From Vicugna vicugna (taxonomy: Eukaryota), in assembly GCA_013265495.1 (NCBI GenBank), contig MU058781.1:3016158-3080157 (forward strand): 64,000 nt of DNA, read 5' to 3'. Position 1 is the first letter of the stretch; every line of letters starts with the position of its first letter. The notes beneath the pieces are model-generated. The model searched no databases, had not been told where the DNA came from, and saw only the letters and a list, made by a program, of their open reading frames with translations. The translations under genes were made by a program, and so were the position numbers. This document shows, in pieces, positions 53,901 to 64,000 of the stretch.

Positions 53901-56900
53901 CTAAGCAGAGCCTTGGCATCTCACAGGGAGACCTCATTGGAGGCTCACAGTGAATGTGGTGCTTGAGTAGGGCTTATAGAATGACTGATGTCCCCCAGGA
54001 AGGCAGAGGAGAGAGTGTGTATGAAGGCATGAAGGCAAATTATTGTGTGCACAAACCACAAAGAGCGAGGAAGCTGGGGAGGGGGGAGCTGGAGCACATC
54101 ATGTGAGCAGGAAATTGCAGAGGGAAGACTGGGGAGAGAATTGGAGAGTGCAGGGCTTCCTGTCATACTCAACAATGGTGAGAAAGATGGGTTGGAAAAT
54201 GCCACTGCTGGAGGCAGGGAGGTACTTAGTTTATCTTTGGCAAAACATGATAGAGGCCTGAACTGTGGTGGTAGTAGCAGGGATGGAAAACTGATTTAGC
54301 ATCAAGATAGTATAAAAGGTGGAATTGCCAGGACCTAGTAACCAATTGACTATGGAACTACAGGAAGAGGCATGGAGGACCTCTAAGTTTCTTCCTTGAT
54401 CCATTCAGTTCTAGTCATCAATTCAGGGTACAGCAGACGGGGCAAATACTCATGGGACAGGTTAATGGGCTTATCCATACACAGGTGGGTTTTAGAGTGC
54501 CCGTGTGACACCCTAGTGGAGGACCCCTCAAGAAGTGAATACATGGGTCAGGAACTAGGGAGAAATCAGAGGTGGGTGAGATCTAGGTCAAAGATTCTTG
54601 TTCAGTGTCTCATCAGTGATTGCATTGTGCCAAAGTATGGATACCCTCAAAGTTGTATTAGTTTTAGACATACAACATAATGATTTGATATACATATATA
54701 TTGCAGAATGATTACCACAATAAGTTTAGTTAACATCCATCACCATCCTTTCCTATATTTGACATGACCTGTCAGAACATTAGGAAGGGAACATTATGCT
54801 AGGGAAACTGTGGTGAGAGTTAGGAGAGAATTAGCAACAGACCCCCAAGGAACATCTGTTTGAAAGGGGTGCAGAGAGAGGAGGAACCACCACAGGCACC
54901 TGAGGGGGAAAGAAGACAGAGAGGGAAAAAGAGCAAGCCAGGGGAAAGGGGGTTTTCTAGGGAAATACAATGACCAGCAGGTTCATTTGCATTGGAGAGA
55001 CCCAGGGAGGACTGAACCATGGTCCTTTTCTTTGGTGCCTTTATCAAGTGGTGGAAGTCCAGTTGCAGTGGGTAGAGGAGTGAGTAGAGGTGAGAACACA
55101 GAGGCACTAAACACTGATTCCTCACTCAAGGGTGTTGGCTGTGAAAGAAAAGTGAGAACAAGTACCCTAGCTAGCTAGAGTGAGATGAACTTCAGAAAGG
55201 TTTGGTTTTGTTTTTCAGTAATGCACAGGGGAGTGGCTAATCTGATTTCCCTGGTTAGGTTACAGGCTCCCTAAAGAAGCAGCCGTGTTCCCCACAGCAC
55301 TGGGCATAGTCCAGATGCTGATTCAGGACATGCAGGTTTACATGCTGATCCTTGTCACAGAATTATTCAAACAATATTAATTGCGTGTGCATCAATTTTG
55401 AATGTAATTTCTTAGTACATTTACACAGATATGTATAGACACATTTCATAAGGAGAGAAAGCAGATTTTGTGAAGTTAACTAACAGTACTGAATATATTA
55501 AAAATATTATGATTCAGTAGGTAATTATCTTCTTTACCTTCTTTGATCTGGACTTACTTACAAGATACTTTGTGCCCACTTTTCTCTGCACGCTGGCCTT
55601 TCTCCTACATTTCATCTGTTAAGAAACATTTTCTCTGTCATAATGGCTGGACCATATGTTCCTCTTCTGTAGTGTTTTGACTTATTTTTGGTGGAGTAAA
55701 TGGTACTTGGGGGTGGGTCTCATCATTTTCAAATGCCAAGCAAATATAGTTATTAGGCTTAAGCATGAGATCAGCTCTTCCTGGGCAACAACTTGTTGAT
55801 CAAAAATATCACCTTACCACTGCTTTTAAATTGAAAGCTGTACATTGGTTTATATTGGGCAAAGCATGCCCCCAAAAACATGTTTAAAGTTTCTGTTTGT
55901 GTGAGGCTGTGTCATTCAAGCTCAGAAAAATGTTAGAACTGATTAAAGATCATAGCAAATGGCCCCTATGTTTCAAGTCCCATTTTTCACTTATGCTTGT
56001 ACCAAATCTAGTAGGATTTCCAGATGTTTCTGTAAAGATACAATATGGATACGATAAGAAAGAGACCTTTAAATAAGAAAATTTGCCCTTTAAAATGATA
56101 AAAAGAATTAAGAAATCTTGTGAGCCGATTGAATACATAGCAGAAGCCTCTCTTCAGTGGAAGTTTAAAGTACGTAATCATTAGTGTGCAGTGGTTTCCG
56201 CTTGCATTTTCCTGAAATGAAATTCTGGGTGGATATTGAAAGATGCTTGAATTTGCAAATAAAGAGACTGGTTGTCTCAGCTACATTCCATTTCACACCA
56301 AGGTTTCTTAATGGTATTTTGTTTCCAGGAGTTGCCCCTTGTATGTGCTTGTATGGTCTGCATTTGCTTAATATTTTAAGAGTGCTGTGACAGATGGTTC
56401 TATTTTCCTCAGCTAACTTCCAGTTGCTGTAACTGTACCAGCTAGTCTCACCTGAATCACTAGTGTATTTTTCAGACTTCCGCAGTTTCGTGACCTTCTA
56501 GAGGGATAACAAATGTAACTTTGTTAATTCTATTACCTTGTTTTAAATCAGAGACTTGAAAAAGACCACATTTCAAATTAACCGTAAGAACAATACGCAT
56601 TAGAATCAGCAGGCTGTCGGTTAAAGTCAGGTCTCAATTCAAATATGCAACCTCAGATTTCACAGATCTCATAATATCTGAGCTGTGAATATTTGCTTCA
56701 GGCATCAACTGGCATTTAAAAAAAATCTTTGAGACCACATAGACATTTCACTTTGCCAGACTATCTACTTCTCACTTTTTTTTTTACATTTTTTATTGAT
56801 TCATAATCATTTTACAGTGTTGTGTCAAATTCCAGTGTTCAGCACAATTTTTCAGTCATTCATGGACATATACACACTCATTGTCACAGTTTTTTCTCTG

Positions 56901-57096
56901 TGATTTATCGTAACATTTTGTGTATATTTCCCTGTGCTATACAGTGTAATCTTGTTTATCTATTCTACAATTTTGAAATCCCGGTCTATCCCTTCCCACC
57001 CTCTACCCCCCCCCGAGTAACCACAAGTCTGTATTCTCTGTCCATGAGTCTATTTCTGTCCTGTATTTATGCTTTGTTTTTGTTTGTTTTTGTTTT

Positions 57097-60000
57097 TTAG
57101 ATTCCACATATGAGCGATCTCATATGGTATTTTTCTTTCTCTTTCTGGCTTACTTCACTTAGAATGACATTCTCTAGGAGCATCCATGTTGCTGCAAATG
57201 GCATTATGTTGTCGGTTTTTATGGCTGAGTAGTATTCCATTGTATAAATATACCACATCTTCTTTATCCAGTCACCTGTTGATGGACATTTAGGCTGTTT
57301 CCATGTTTTGGCTATTGTAAATAGTGCTGCTATGAACATTGGGGTGCAGGTGTCATCCTGAAGTAGATTTCCTTCTGGGTACAAGCCCAGGAGTGGGATT
57401 CCTGGGTCATATGGTAAGTCTATTCCTAGTCTTTTGAGGAATCTCCACACTGTTTTCCATAGTGGCTGCACCAAACTGCATTCCCACCAGCAGTGTAGGA
57501 GGGTTCCCCTTTCTCCACAGCCTCTCCAGCATTTGTCATTTTTGGATTTTTGAATGACGGCCATTCTGACTGGTGTGAGGTGATACCTCATTGTAGTTTT
57601 GATTTGCATTTCTCTGATAATTAGTGATATTGAACATTTTTTCATGTGCTTTTTGATCATTTGTATGTCTTCCTTGGAGAATTGCTTGTTTAGGTCTTCT
57701 GCCCATTTTTGGATTGGGTTGTTTATTTTTTTCTTATTGAGTCGTATGAGCTGCTTATATATTTTGGAGATCAAGCCTTTGTCGGTTTCACTTGCAAAAA
57801 TTTTCTCCCATTCCGTAGGTTTTCTTCTTGTTTTATTTCTGGTTTCCTTTGCTCTGCAGAAGCTTGTAAGTTTCATTAGGTCCCATTTGTTTATTCTTGC
57901 TTTTATTTCTTCTAGGAGAAAATTTTTGAAATGTATGTCAGATAATGTTTTGCCTATGTTTTCCTCTAGGAGGTTTATTGTATCTTGTCTTATGTTTAAG
58001 TCTTTAATCCATTTTGAGTTGATTTTTGTATATGGTGTAAGGGTGTGTTCTAGCTTCATTGTTTTACATGCTGCTGTCCAGTTTTCCCAACACCATTTGC
58101 TGAAGAGACTGTCTTTATTCCATTGTATATTCTTGCCTCCTTTGTCGAAGATGAGTTGACCAAAAGTTTGTGGGTTCATTTCTGGGCTCTCTATTCTGTT
58201 CCATTGGTCTATATGTCTGTTTTGGTACCAATACCATGCTGTCTTGATGACTGTAGCTCTATAGTATTGTCTGAAGTCTGGGAGAGTTATTCCTCCAGCC
58301 TCTTTCTTTCTCTTCAGTAATGCTTTAGCAATTCTAGGTCTTTGATGGTTCCATATAAATTTTATTATGATTTGTTCTAGTTCTGTGAAATATGTCCTGG
58401 GTAATTGGATAGGGATTGCATTAAATCTGTAGATTGCCTTGGGCAGTGTGACCATTTTAACAATATTGATTCTTCCAATCCAAGAGCATGGAATATCTTT
58501 CCATTTTTTAAAGTCTTCTTTAATTTCCTTCATCAATGGTTTATAGTTTTCTGTGTATAATTCTTTCACCTCCTTGGTTAGATTTATTCCCAGATATTTT
58601 ATTACTTTGGGTGCTATTTTAAAGGGGATTGTTTCTTTACTTTCTTTTTCTGTTGATTTATCGTTAGTGTAAAGAAAGGCAACTGATTTTTGAACATTAA
58701 TTTTGTAACCTGCTACCTTGCTGAATTCTTCGATCAGCTCTAGTAGCTTTTTTGTGGACCTTTTAGGGTTTTCTATATATAGTAACATGTCGTCAGCATA
58801 TAATGACACTTTTACCTCTTCTTTTCCAATTTGGATCCCTTTTATTTCTTTCTCTTGCCTGATTGCTGTGGCTAGGACTTCCAGGACTATGTTGAATAGG
58901 AGTGGTGATAGTGGGCATCCTTGTCTTGTCCCAGATTTTAGTGGGAAGCTTTTGAGTTTTTCACCGTTGAGAACTATGCTGGCTGTAGGTTTGTCATATA
59001 TAGCTTTTATTATGTTGAGATATGTTCCCTCTATACCCACTTTGGCGAGAGTTTTTATCATAAATGGGTGTTGAATTTTATCAAATGCTTTTTCTGCATC
59101 GATTGAGATGATCATGTGGTTTTTGTCCTTTCTCTTGTTGATGTGATGTATTACATTGATTGATTTGCGTATGTTGAACCAGCCTTGTGTCCCTGGGATG
59201 AACCCCACTTGGTCATGATGTATAATCTTTTTTATGTGTTGTTGGATTCTATTTGCTAAAATTTTGGTGAGGATTTTGGCGTCTATGTTCATCAGTGATA
59301 TTGGCCTATAATTCTCTTTTTTTGTAGTGTCTTTGCCTGGTTTTGGTATCAGGGTGATGGTGGCTTCATAGAATGAGTTTGGGAGTATTCCCTCCTTTTC
59401 AATCGTCTGGAAGAGTTTGAGAAGGACTGGTATGAGTTCTTCTTTGTATGTTTGGTAGAATTCCCCGGTGAAGCCATCCGGTCCTGGACTTTTATTTGTA
59501 GGGAGGTTTTTAATTGCTATTTCTATTTCCTTTCTAGTGATCGGATTGTTCAAGTGTTCAGTTTCTTCTTGATTCAGTTTTGGTGGACAGTATGTTTCCA
59601 GAAACTTGTCCATCTCCTCTAGGTTATCCAGTTTGGTTCCATATAGTTTTTCATAATATTCTCGTATGATATTCTGTATTTCTATTTTGTTTGTTGTAAT
59701 TTCTCCATTTTCCTTTCTTATTTTGCTAATTTGTGCTCTCTCTTTTTTCTTCTTTGTGAGTTTGGCCAGAGGTTTGTCGATTTTATTTACTTTTTCAAAA
59801 AACCAGCTTTTGGTTTGGTTGATTTTTTCTATGGTCTTGTTAATCTCTATTGTATTTAATTCCTCTCTGATCTTTATTATTTCCTTCCTTCTGCTGCTTT
59901 TTGGGGCTTTTTGTTCTTCTTTTTCTAATTGATTCAGGTGGTGGGTTAACTTGTTTATTTGAGATTGTTCTTCTTTTTTGAGGAAGGCCTGTATCGCTAT

Positions 60001-60894
60001 AAACTTCCCTCTTAGCACTGCCTTTGCTGTGTCCCATAGGTTTTGAGTGGTTGTGCTTTCATTATCATTTGTCTCAAGGTATTTTTTAATTTCAGCTTTG
60101 ATTTCCTCATTGATCCATTGTTTTTTCAATAACATATTGTTTAATCTCCATGCTTTTCTTTTTTTCTCCTTTGTTTCTCTGTTGTTGATTTCCAGTTTCA
60201 TGGCATTGTGGTCAGTAAAGATGCTTGAGATAATTTCTATCTTCTTAAATTTGTTGAGGTTTCTTTTGTGTCCAAGTACATGATCGATCCTGGAAAATGT
60301 TCCATGTGCACTTGAAAAGAATGTATATTCTATTTTTTGGGGGTGTAAAGCTCTGAAAATATCCACCAAATCTAGTTTTTCTATTGTAGTATTTAATTTC
60401 TCTGTTGCCTTGTTTATTTTCTGTCTGGAAGATCTGTCTAGTGATGTTAATGCAGTGTTAAAATCTCCAACTATGATTGTATTCCCATCAATATCCCCCT
60501 TTATCTCTGTTAGTAATTCTTGTATGTACTTAGGTGCTCCTATATTGGGTGCATATATATTAACGAGTGTAATATCTTCATCTTGTATCACTCCTTTAAT
60601 CATTATAAAATGTCCTTCTTTATCTTTCTTTATGGCCTTTGTTTTAAAGTCTATTTTGTCTGAAATCAGTACTGCAACACCTGCTTTTTTGGCTTTTCCA
60701 TTTGCATGGAATATCCTTTTCCATCCTTTCACTCTCAATCTATATGTGTCCTTCTCCCTAAAGTGGGTCTCTTGTATGCAGCATATTGAAGGTTCTTGCT
60801 TTATTATCCAGTCTGCCACTCTATGTCTTTTGACTGGAGCATTTAGTCCATTAACATTTACAGTAATTAATGATAGATGTGTGTTTATTGCCAT
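57097..60894 (-). CDS. LINE-1 ORF2p (APE-like endonuclease + reverse transcriptase), uninterrupted 1265 aa
   Basis: Endonuclease motifs NVNGLN, IQETH, NIYAPN, GDFN, SRIDH, TDH; PIP-box-like [10 protein letters not shown] motifs [41 protein letters not shown]-terminal CWRGC...HCWWEC zinc knuckle. No stops or frameshifts. Confidence 0.98.
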   Translation of the reverse strand: MAINTHLSLITVNVNGLNAPVKRHRVADWIIKQEPSICCIQETHFREKDTYRLRVKGWKRIFHANGKAKKAGVAVLISDKIDFKTKAIKKDKEGHFIMIKGVIQDEDITLVNIYAPNIGAPKYIQELLTEIKGDIDGNTIIVGDFNTALTSLDRSSRQKINKATEKLNTTIEKLDLVDIFRALHPQKIEYTFFSSAHGTFSRIDHVLGHKRNLNKFKKIEIISSIFTDHNAMKLEINNRETKEKKRKAWRLNNMLLKKQWINEEIKAEIKKYLETNDNESTTTQNLWDTAKAVLRGKFIAIQAFLKKEEQSQINKLTHHLNQLEKEEQKAPKSSRRKEIIKIREELNTIEINKTIEKINQTKSWFFEKVNKIDKPLAKLTKKKKERAQISKIRKENGEITTNKIEIQNIIREYYEKLYGTKLDNLEEMDKFLETYCPPKLNQEETEHLNNPITRKEIEIAIKNLPTNKSPGPDGFTGEFYQTYKEELIPVLLKLFQTIEKEGILPNSFYEATITLIPKPGKDTTKKENYRPISLMNIDAKILTKILANRIQQHIKKIIHHDQVGFIPGTQGWFNIRKSINVIHHINKRKDKNHMIISIDAEKAFDKIQHPFMIKTLAKVGIEGTYLNIIKAIYDKPTASIVLNGEKLKSFPLKSGTRQGCPLSPLLFNIVLEVLATAIRQEKEIKGIQIGKEEVKVSLYADDMLLYIENPKRSTKKLLELIEEFSKVAGYKINVQKSVAFLYTNDKSTEKESKETIPFKIAPKVIKYLGINLTKEVKELYTENYKPLMKEIKEDFKKWKDIPCSWIGRINIVKMVTLPKAIYRFNAIPIQLPRTYFTELEQIIIKFIWNHQRPRIAKALLKRKKEAGGITLPDFRQYYRATVIKTAWYWYQNRHIDQWNRIESPEMNPQTFGQLIFDKGGKNIQWNKDSLFSKWCWENWTAACKTMKLEHTLTPYTKINSKWIKDLNIRQDTINLLEENIGKTLSDIHFKNFLLEEIKARINKWDLMKLTSFCRAKETRNKTRRKPTEWEKIFASETDKGLISKIYKQLIRLNKKKINNPIQKWAEDLNKQFSKEDIQMIKKHMKKCSISLIIREMQIKTTMRYHLTPVRMAVIQKSKNDKCWRGCGERGTLLHCWWECSLVQPLWKTVWRFLKRLGIDLPYDPGIPLLGLYPEGNLLQDDTCTPMFIAALFTIAKTWKQPKCPSTGDWIKKMWYIYTMEYYSAIKTDNIMPFAATWMLLENVILSEVSQKEKEKYHMRSLICGI

Positions 60895-61427
60895 TTTGAA
60901 CTTATCTTTGCAGTTGAATTGGTATATCCTCTTTGTTCCTTTCTTCTTCCTTTTGTGGTTTGGTAATTTTCCTTTGTATTATCATGGATTTTATTTAATT
61001 TTTGTGACTCCCTTGTAACTTTTTGACTTGTGGTTACCCTTTTTTGTAAATCTATTAACCTATACCCGTTTTTAATAAACTGATAATAACATGATCTCAA
61101 ACCCATCCTACTGTTAAAAAAATTTAAAAAAAGAAAGAAAAAAAAATTCTATATTTCCCTGCCTCCCTCTCCCACTCTCAGGGGAGACCCAGCGAGCAAG
61201 CGCCAGTCCTCCTTTGCCGCTCCCTCCCCGCGGGACCCTTCCCGCGCTGCTTTGCCTTTTGTTCTTTCTTTTTTCCTTTTCTCCTACCAGATTTTTGGCG
61301 TCTTTATCTTTTGAAGAGGGCAATGATCTGTTGGAGTTCCGCAGGTGCTCTGGTTGGCTGAGTGGGTCCGTAGATGTGGGTCTTGGTGTATTTGTGGGAG
61401 AGCGTGACTTACAAGCATCCTTCTACT

Positions 61428-61447
61428 CCGCCATCTTGCCCGGAAGT
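61428..61447 (-). promoter_or_regulatory. L1 internal-promoter start: YY1 site (AAGATGGCGG, 61428-61437) and ETS-like motif (CCGGAAGT, 61440-61447)
   Basis: Motifs read directly from sequence; a YY1 site just inside the 5' end is the established initiation-positioning element of mammalian L1s. Confidence 0.75.
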
Positions 61448-64000
61448 CCTACTTCTCACTTAATGCTTAAAAATATCAAACTTTAACTGAAACATCCAAT
61501 TTTGTCACACAAGAGTCAGAAATATCTTTTTGTTTGGTAAGTTTATTTTTCCTCCTTTTTATTTCTAGGCTAGAACATACTTTCACCCATTTTGTATGGG
61601 TTGGTTAATTGAGTAGGCAATCAAAATTACTGCCCCGAAAATGGGTTATGAAAACAAAAACCATTTTTCTGTTAGAATTTTTGCTGAAGACTTTTACTCT
61701 GGGAAATTAAAGAGCTTACACAGGTAGAAGTAAAGGGCAAGAAAAAGCAGTAGTGGGTAAAAAGAAAGATGTTCAACTGCTAGGTGAGTCAATAAAATTT
61801 AACGTATGTGGCAGTAATGTTTCTTCCAGGTGAGATGGATACATATTGTTGTATTGGAAATACTCTGTTTTATACTTACATGTATTTTTGGTATTATTAG
61901 CTATCTTTATATGTAATATTCATGATGAATGTTTGCACAACCCCCTACACTTTACAAAGCACTCTCAGATCTTACCCTATTTTATCCTGTCTTATCTCAT
62001 CTACTGCAATGTAAACTCCTGGGAACCATGAGGCATGTCTGTATTTCCCTGACACTTCACAGAGATTTGAACATATTCAAACCAATAATTCTTTGAGCAA
62101 TTAGGTATTGTGGGATGTTTAAATGCAATACCTTACCTGCAGACACAGACATATTATACCTGATAGTTTTCAGTAGAGGCTGTAAGAAAGGGGTGCGAGC
62201 CTTGGCGTCAAACCCAGTTTAGTTCCCAAAAAGCAAAGTCATTTCCAAATAAAGTAAGGCAAGATGTTGCTAAGAAGTTCCTGAGTCACTGTTAGAATGT
62301 GTCTACAACAGAAGGACCTGAGACTTTTCTATTGTGTCTCCAAGGAGACTTCCCACTTAGGAATTGTTGAAAAGATGAGAGTGCCAGGCAAGAGCCTCCC
62401 AGGGCCTCTCTAGCCCGTGTAGCCTGTTAAAAAGATGAGCAAGTGAAGGACGTCACTGTCCTATCTCCCAAGGGCAAACCTAGTCTCTCTTAAACTTTTT
62501 GACGCATTAATTACCCAGGGACTCTGTCTTATTCAATTTTTCAAAGAACCGGTTTCCTAATATTTGTAACCCTATGATTAAATCAATGTTCTGCTCTCCC
62601 AAAACACCCCTAATGAAATAACACCTCCTATTAAAAAATTACAGTAAATATCTTACATTTTTAAAAACATCTATTTAGAGGGAGTTGGATCTGGCCATCT
62701 GTTGCCACATAGTTAACTAGTAAAGTAGTAAATACAATATGAGGACATAAATCTATTTCCATTCACTGAACTCATCACGGGGCCTAATGTGACGGCACAG
62801 AATTACTCATATTTTAAATTTGCATTATTATAAAGGCTAATTCTGGGATACTTCATTTATTTTTTGATTGCCAAACGACAGATTAAAATAAGATTCAGTG
62901 TTATGGGGTTTTTTTTTTATCCATTATGGTGAAGAAAATATGCAAATTCATGTGAGATACATGGCAGGATGAAACGCAGTTTGTACATATGGGACTCCAG
63001 GAGCAGCTGGTTTTCTTTTGCTCTTACTTTAGTACATTTTTTAGAAGCTTGGTATTTTAAGATCTCAGAGCCCAAGATTCTCTCCTGCCAATAGTTTTGG
63101 TTAGAATATAATGTACCACCAGGCTTACCTACCACCAGATCTAAGAAAAGACAAGAGATTCTCAAGTATTTTCATAGATTTGGGGGGCAAGAAACCATTC
63201 ATCAATTTTTATGTTAAAATCAGTGAAAACTAAATAATTAAAAATAATTACTACATTCAGCAATTATTTATTAAATGCTCAGTCTATGCCAGGCATTATT
63301 TGAGGAGGTAGAAAGACAGTGATGAACAATATAATCATATTCCCTGTTCTAATGGCTCTTACAATCTTAAAGGTCACCTTAATCAAACACTCAAGTAATG
63401 TTTGAAAATTTTAAAAAAGACTATTGTCTAAAGATCCTTTTTTCTTTAAAATGTATATAAAATATTTTAACCAAACAGGAGGTTTTTCCTCCAACTCTTG
63501 GCTATAAATTTTTTTTAACTATACATATCTTTGTCAACAGAAGAAAGTATTGGTTGTGTAGCCAACAATGTCTTTATTTTTCTTTTCCTGTTTACTTATA
63601 TATTGAAGGAAAAAAGTGAGATTTTCTTCTGTTGTCTTAACAAACTCCTCATTACCATTTACAGATTTAAGATAGTCTAGAATAAGAAAACAGTCTTTCT
63701 ACTTCTGCTGAAAAAGCGTACTCTGTAAAGCCTGAATCCTTGCTTTCAGCAGCCTCTGATAAACCAGGTGCTGGATCATGTCCACCAGCTGACACTTGCA
63801 GTGGTCCTGGCATCTGCACCCTCCATCCTGCAAAAGTTTCCACTCAGCTTTGAAAAGCGTTAGACAGCATTTGTCATTGGGCAGATGTGGGCTCAGGTTC
63901 TAGAGAAAATCAGAAATACCTTGTGCATATTATAATCAGTTCTATTACTCCATTTTCACATGTGGAGTTTCACATAGTCTGAGTAAAATCCCACCCACCC

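Larger units (their letters stand above)
56778..61448 (-). mobile_element. Young LINE-1 insertion with intact 5' end and ORF2 but lacking ORF1 (internally deleted or spliced), antisense to PHACTR1
   Basis: Perfect TSD CTACTTCTCACTT at 56765-56777 and 61449-61461; poly(A) tail (T-run 56776-56785) preceded by AATAAA; G-rich 3'UTR tract at 56990-57014; 5' end GACTTCCGGGCAAGATGGCGG with YY1 motif; CpG-rich 5'UTR segment ~61181-61448; only 554 nt between the 5' end and the ORF2 ATG. Confidence 0.95.

Noticed and set aside
57599..61018. Several 65-202 aa + strand ORFs inside the L1
   Set aside because: Antisense shadows of ORF2 codon bias, common in L1s; no independent evidence.
61114..61323. 69-aa minus-strand ORF as an ORF1 remnant
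   Set aside because: TTG start, chimeric across the junction, and no coiled-coil/RRM/CTD resemblance.
61214..61486. ORF0-like antisense ORF (90 aa) in the L1 5'UTR
   Set aside because: Starts at TTG, runs out into flanking DNA, and ORF0 is described as primate-specific; no similarity recognised.
35364..64000. Further PHACTR1 coding exon, or the known MEF2/rs9349379 enhancer
   Set aside because: The next expected peptide (AEEVERLAAMRS...) was not seen; from memory both lie much further into the gene, beyond this window.

Overview
Mammalian genomic DNA (AT-rich, CpG-depleted, full of MIR/L2/L1/MER/LTR relics), most likely a camelid because of a Vic-1-type tRNA-derived SINE at ~43.5 kb. The window holds the 5' part of PHACTR1 on the + strand: a promoter/non-coding exon region at ~9.3-10.2 kb, the first coding exon (ATG 11304-11406) and the next coding exon (35217-35363), followed by a large intron that runs off the window end. 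The most unusual object is a very young 4.67 kb antisense LINE-1 (56778-61448). It has a perfect 13-bp target-site duplication (TSD), an intact 5' end and an uninterrupted 1265-aa ORF2, but no ORF1: the first ~270 nt of the 5'UTR are joined directly to the inter-ORF spacer. Also notable: a 56-bp stub with its own TSD that is identical to that L1's 3' end, a non-canonical (expanded-spacer) REST/RE1 site at 37415-37440, an RFX X-box overlapping a 5'UTR splice donor, and cryptic PHACTR1 exon candidates supplied by the L1. Gene and repeat-family names are from my recognition of the sequence, not from database searches. Boundaries of old repeats are approximate.
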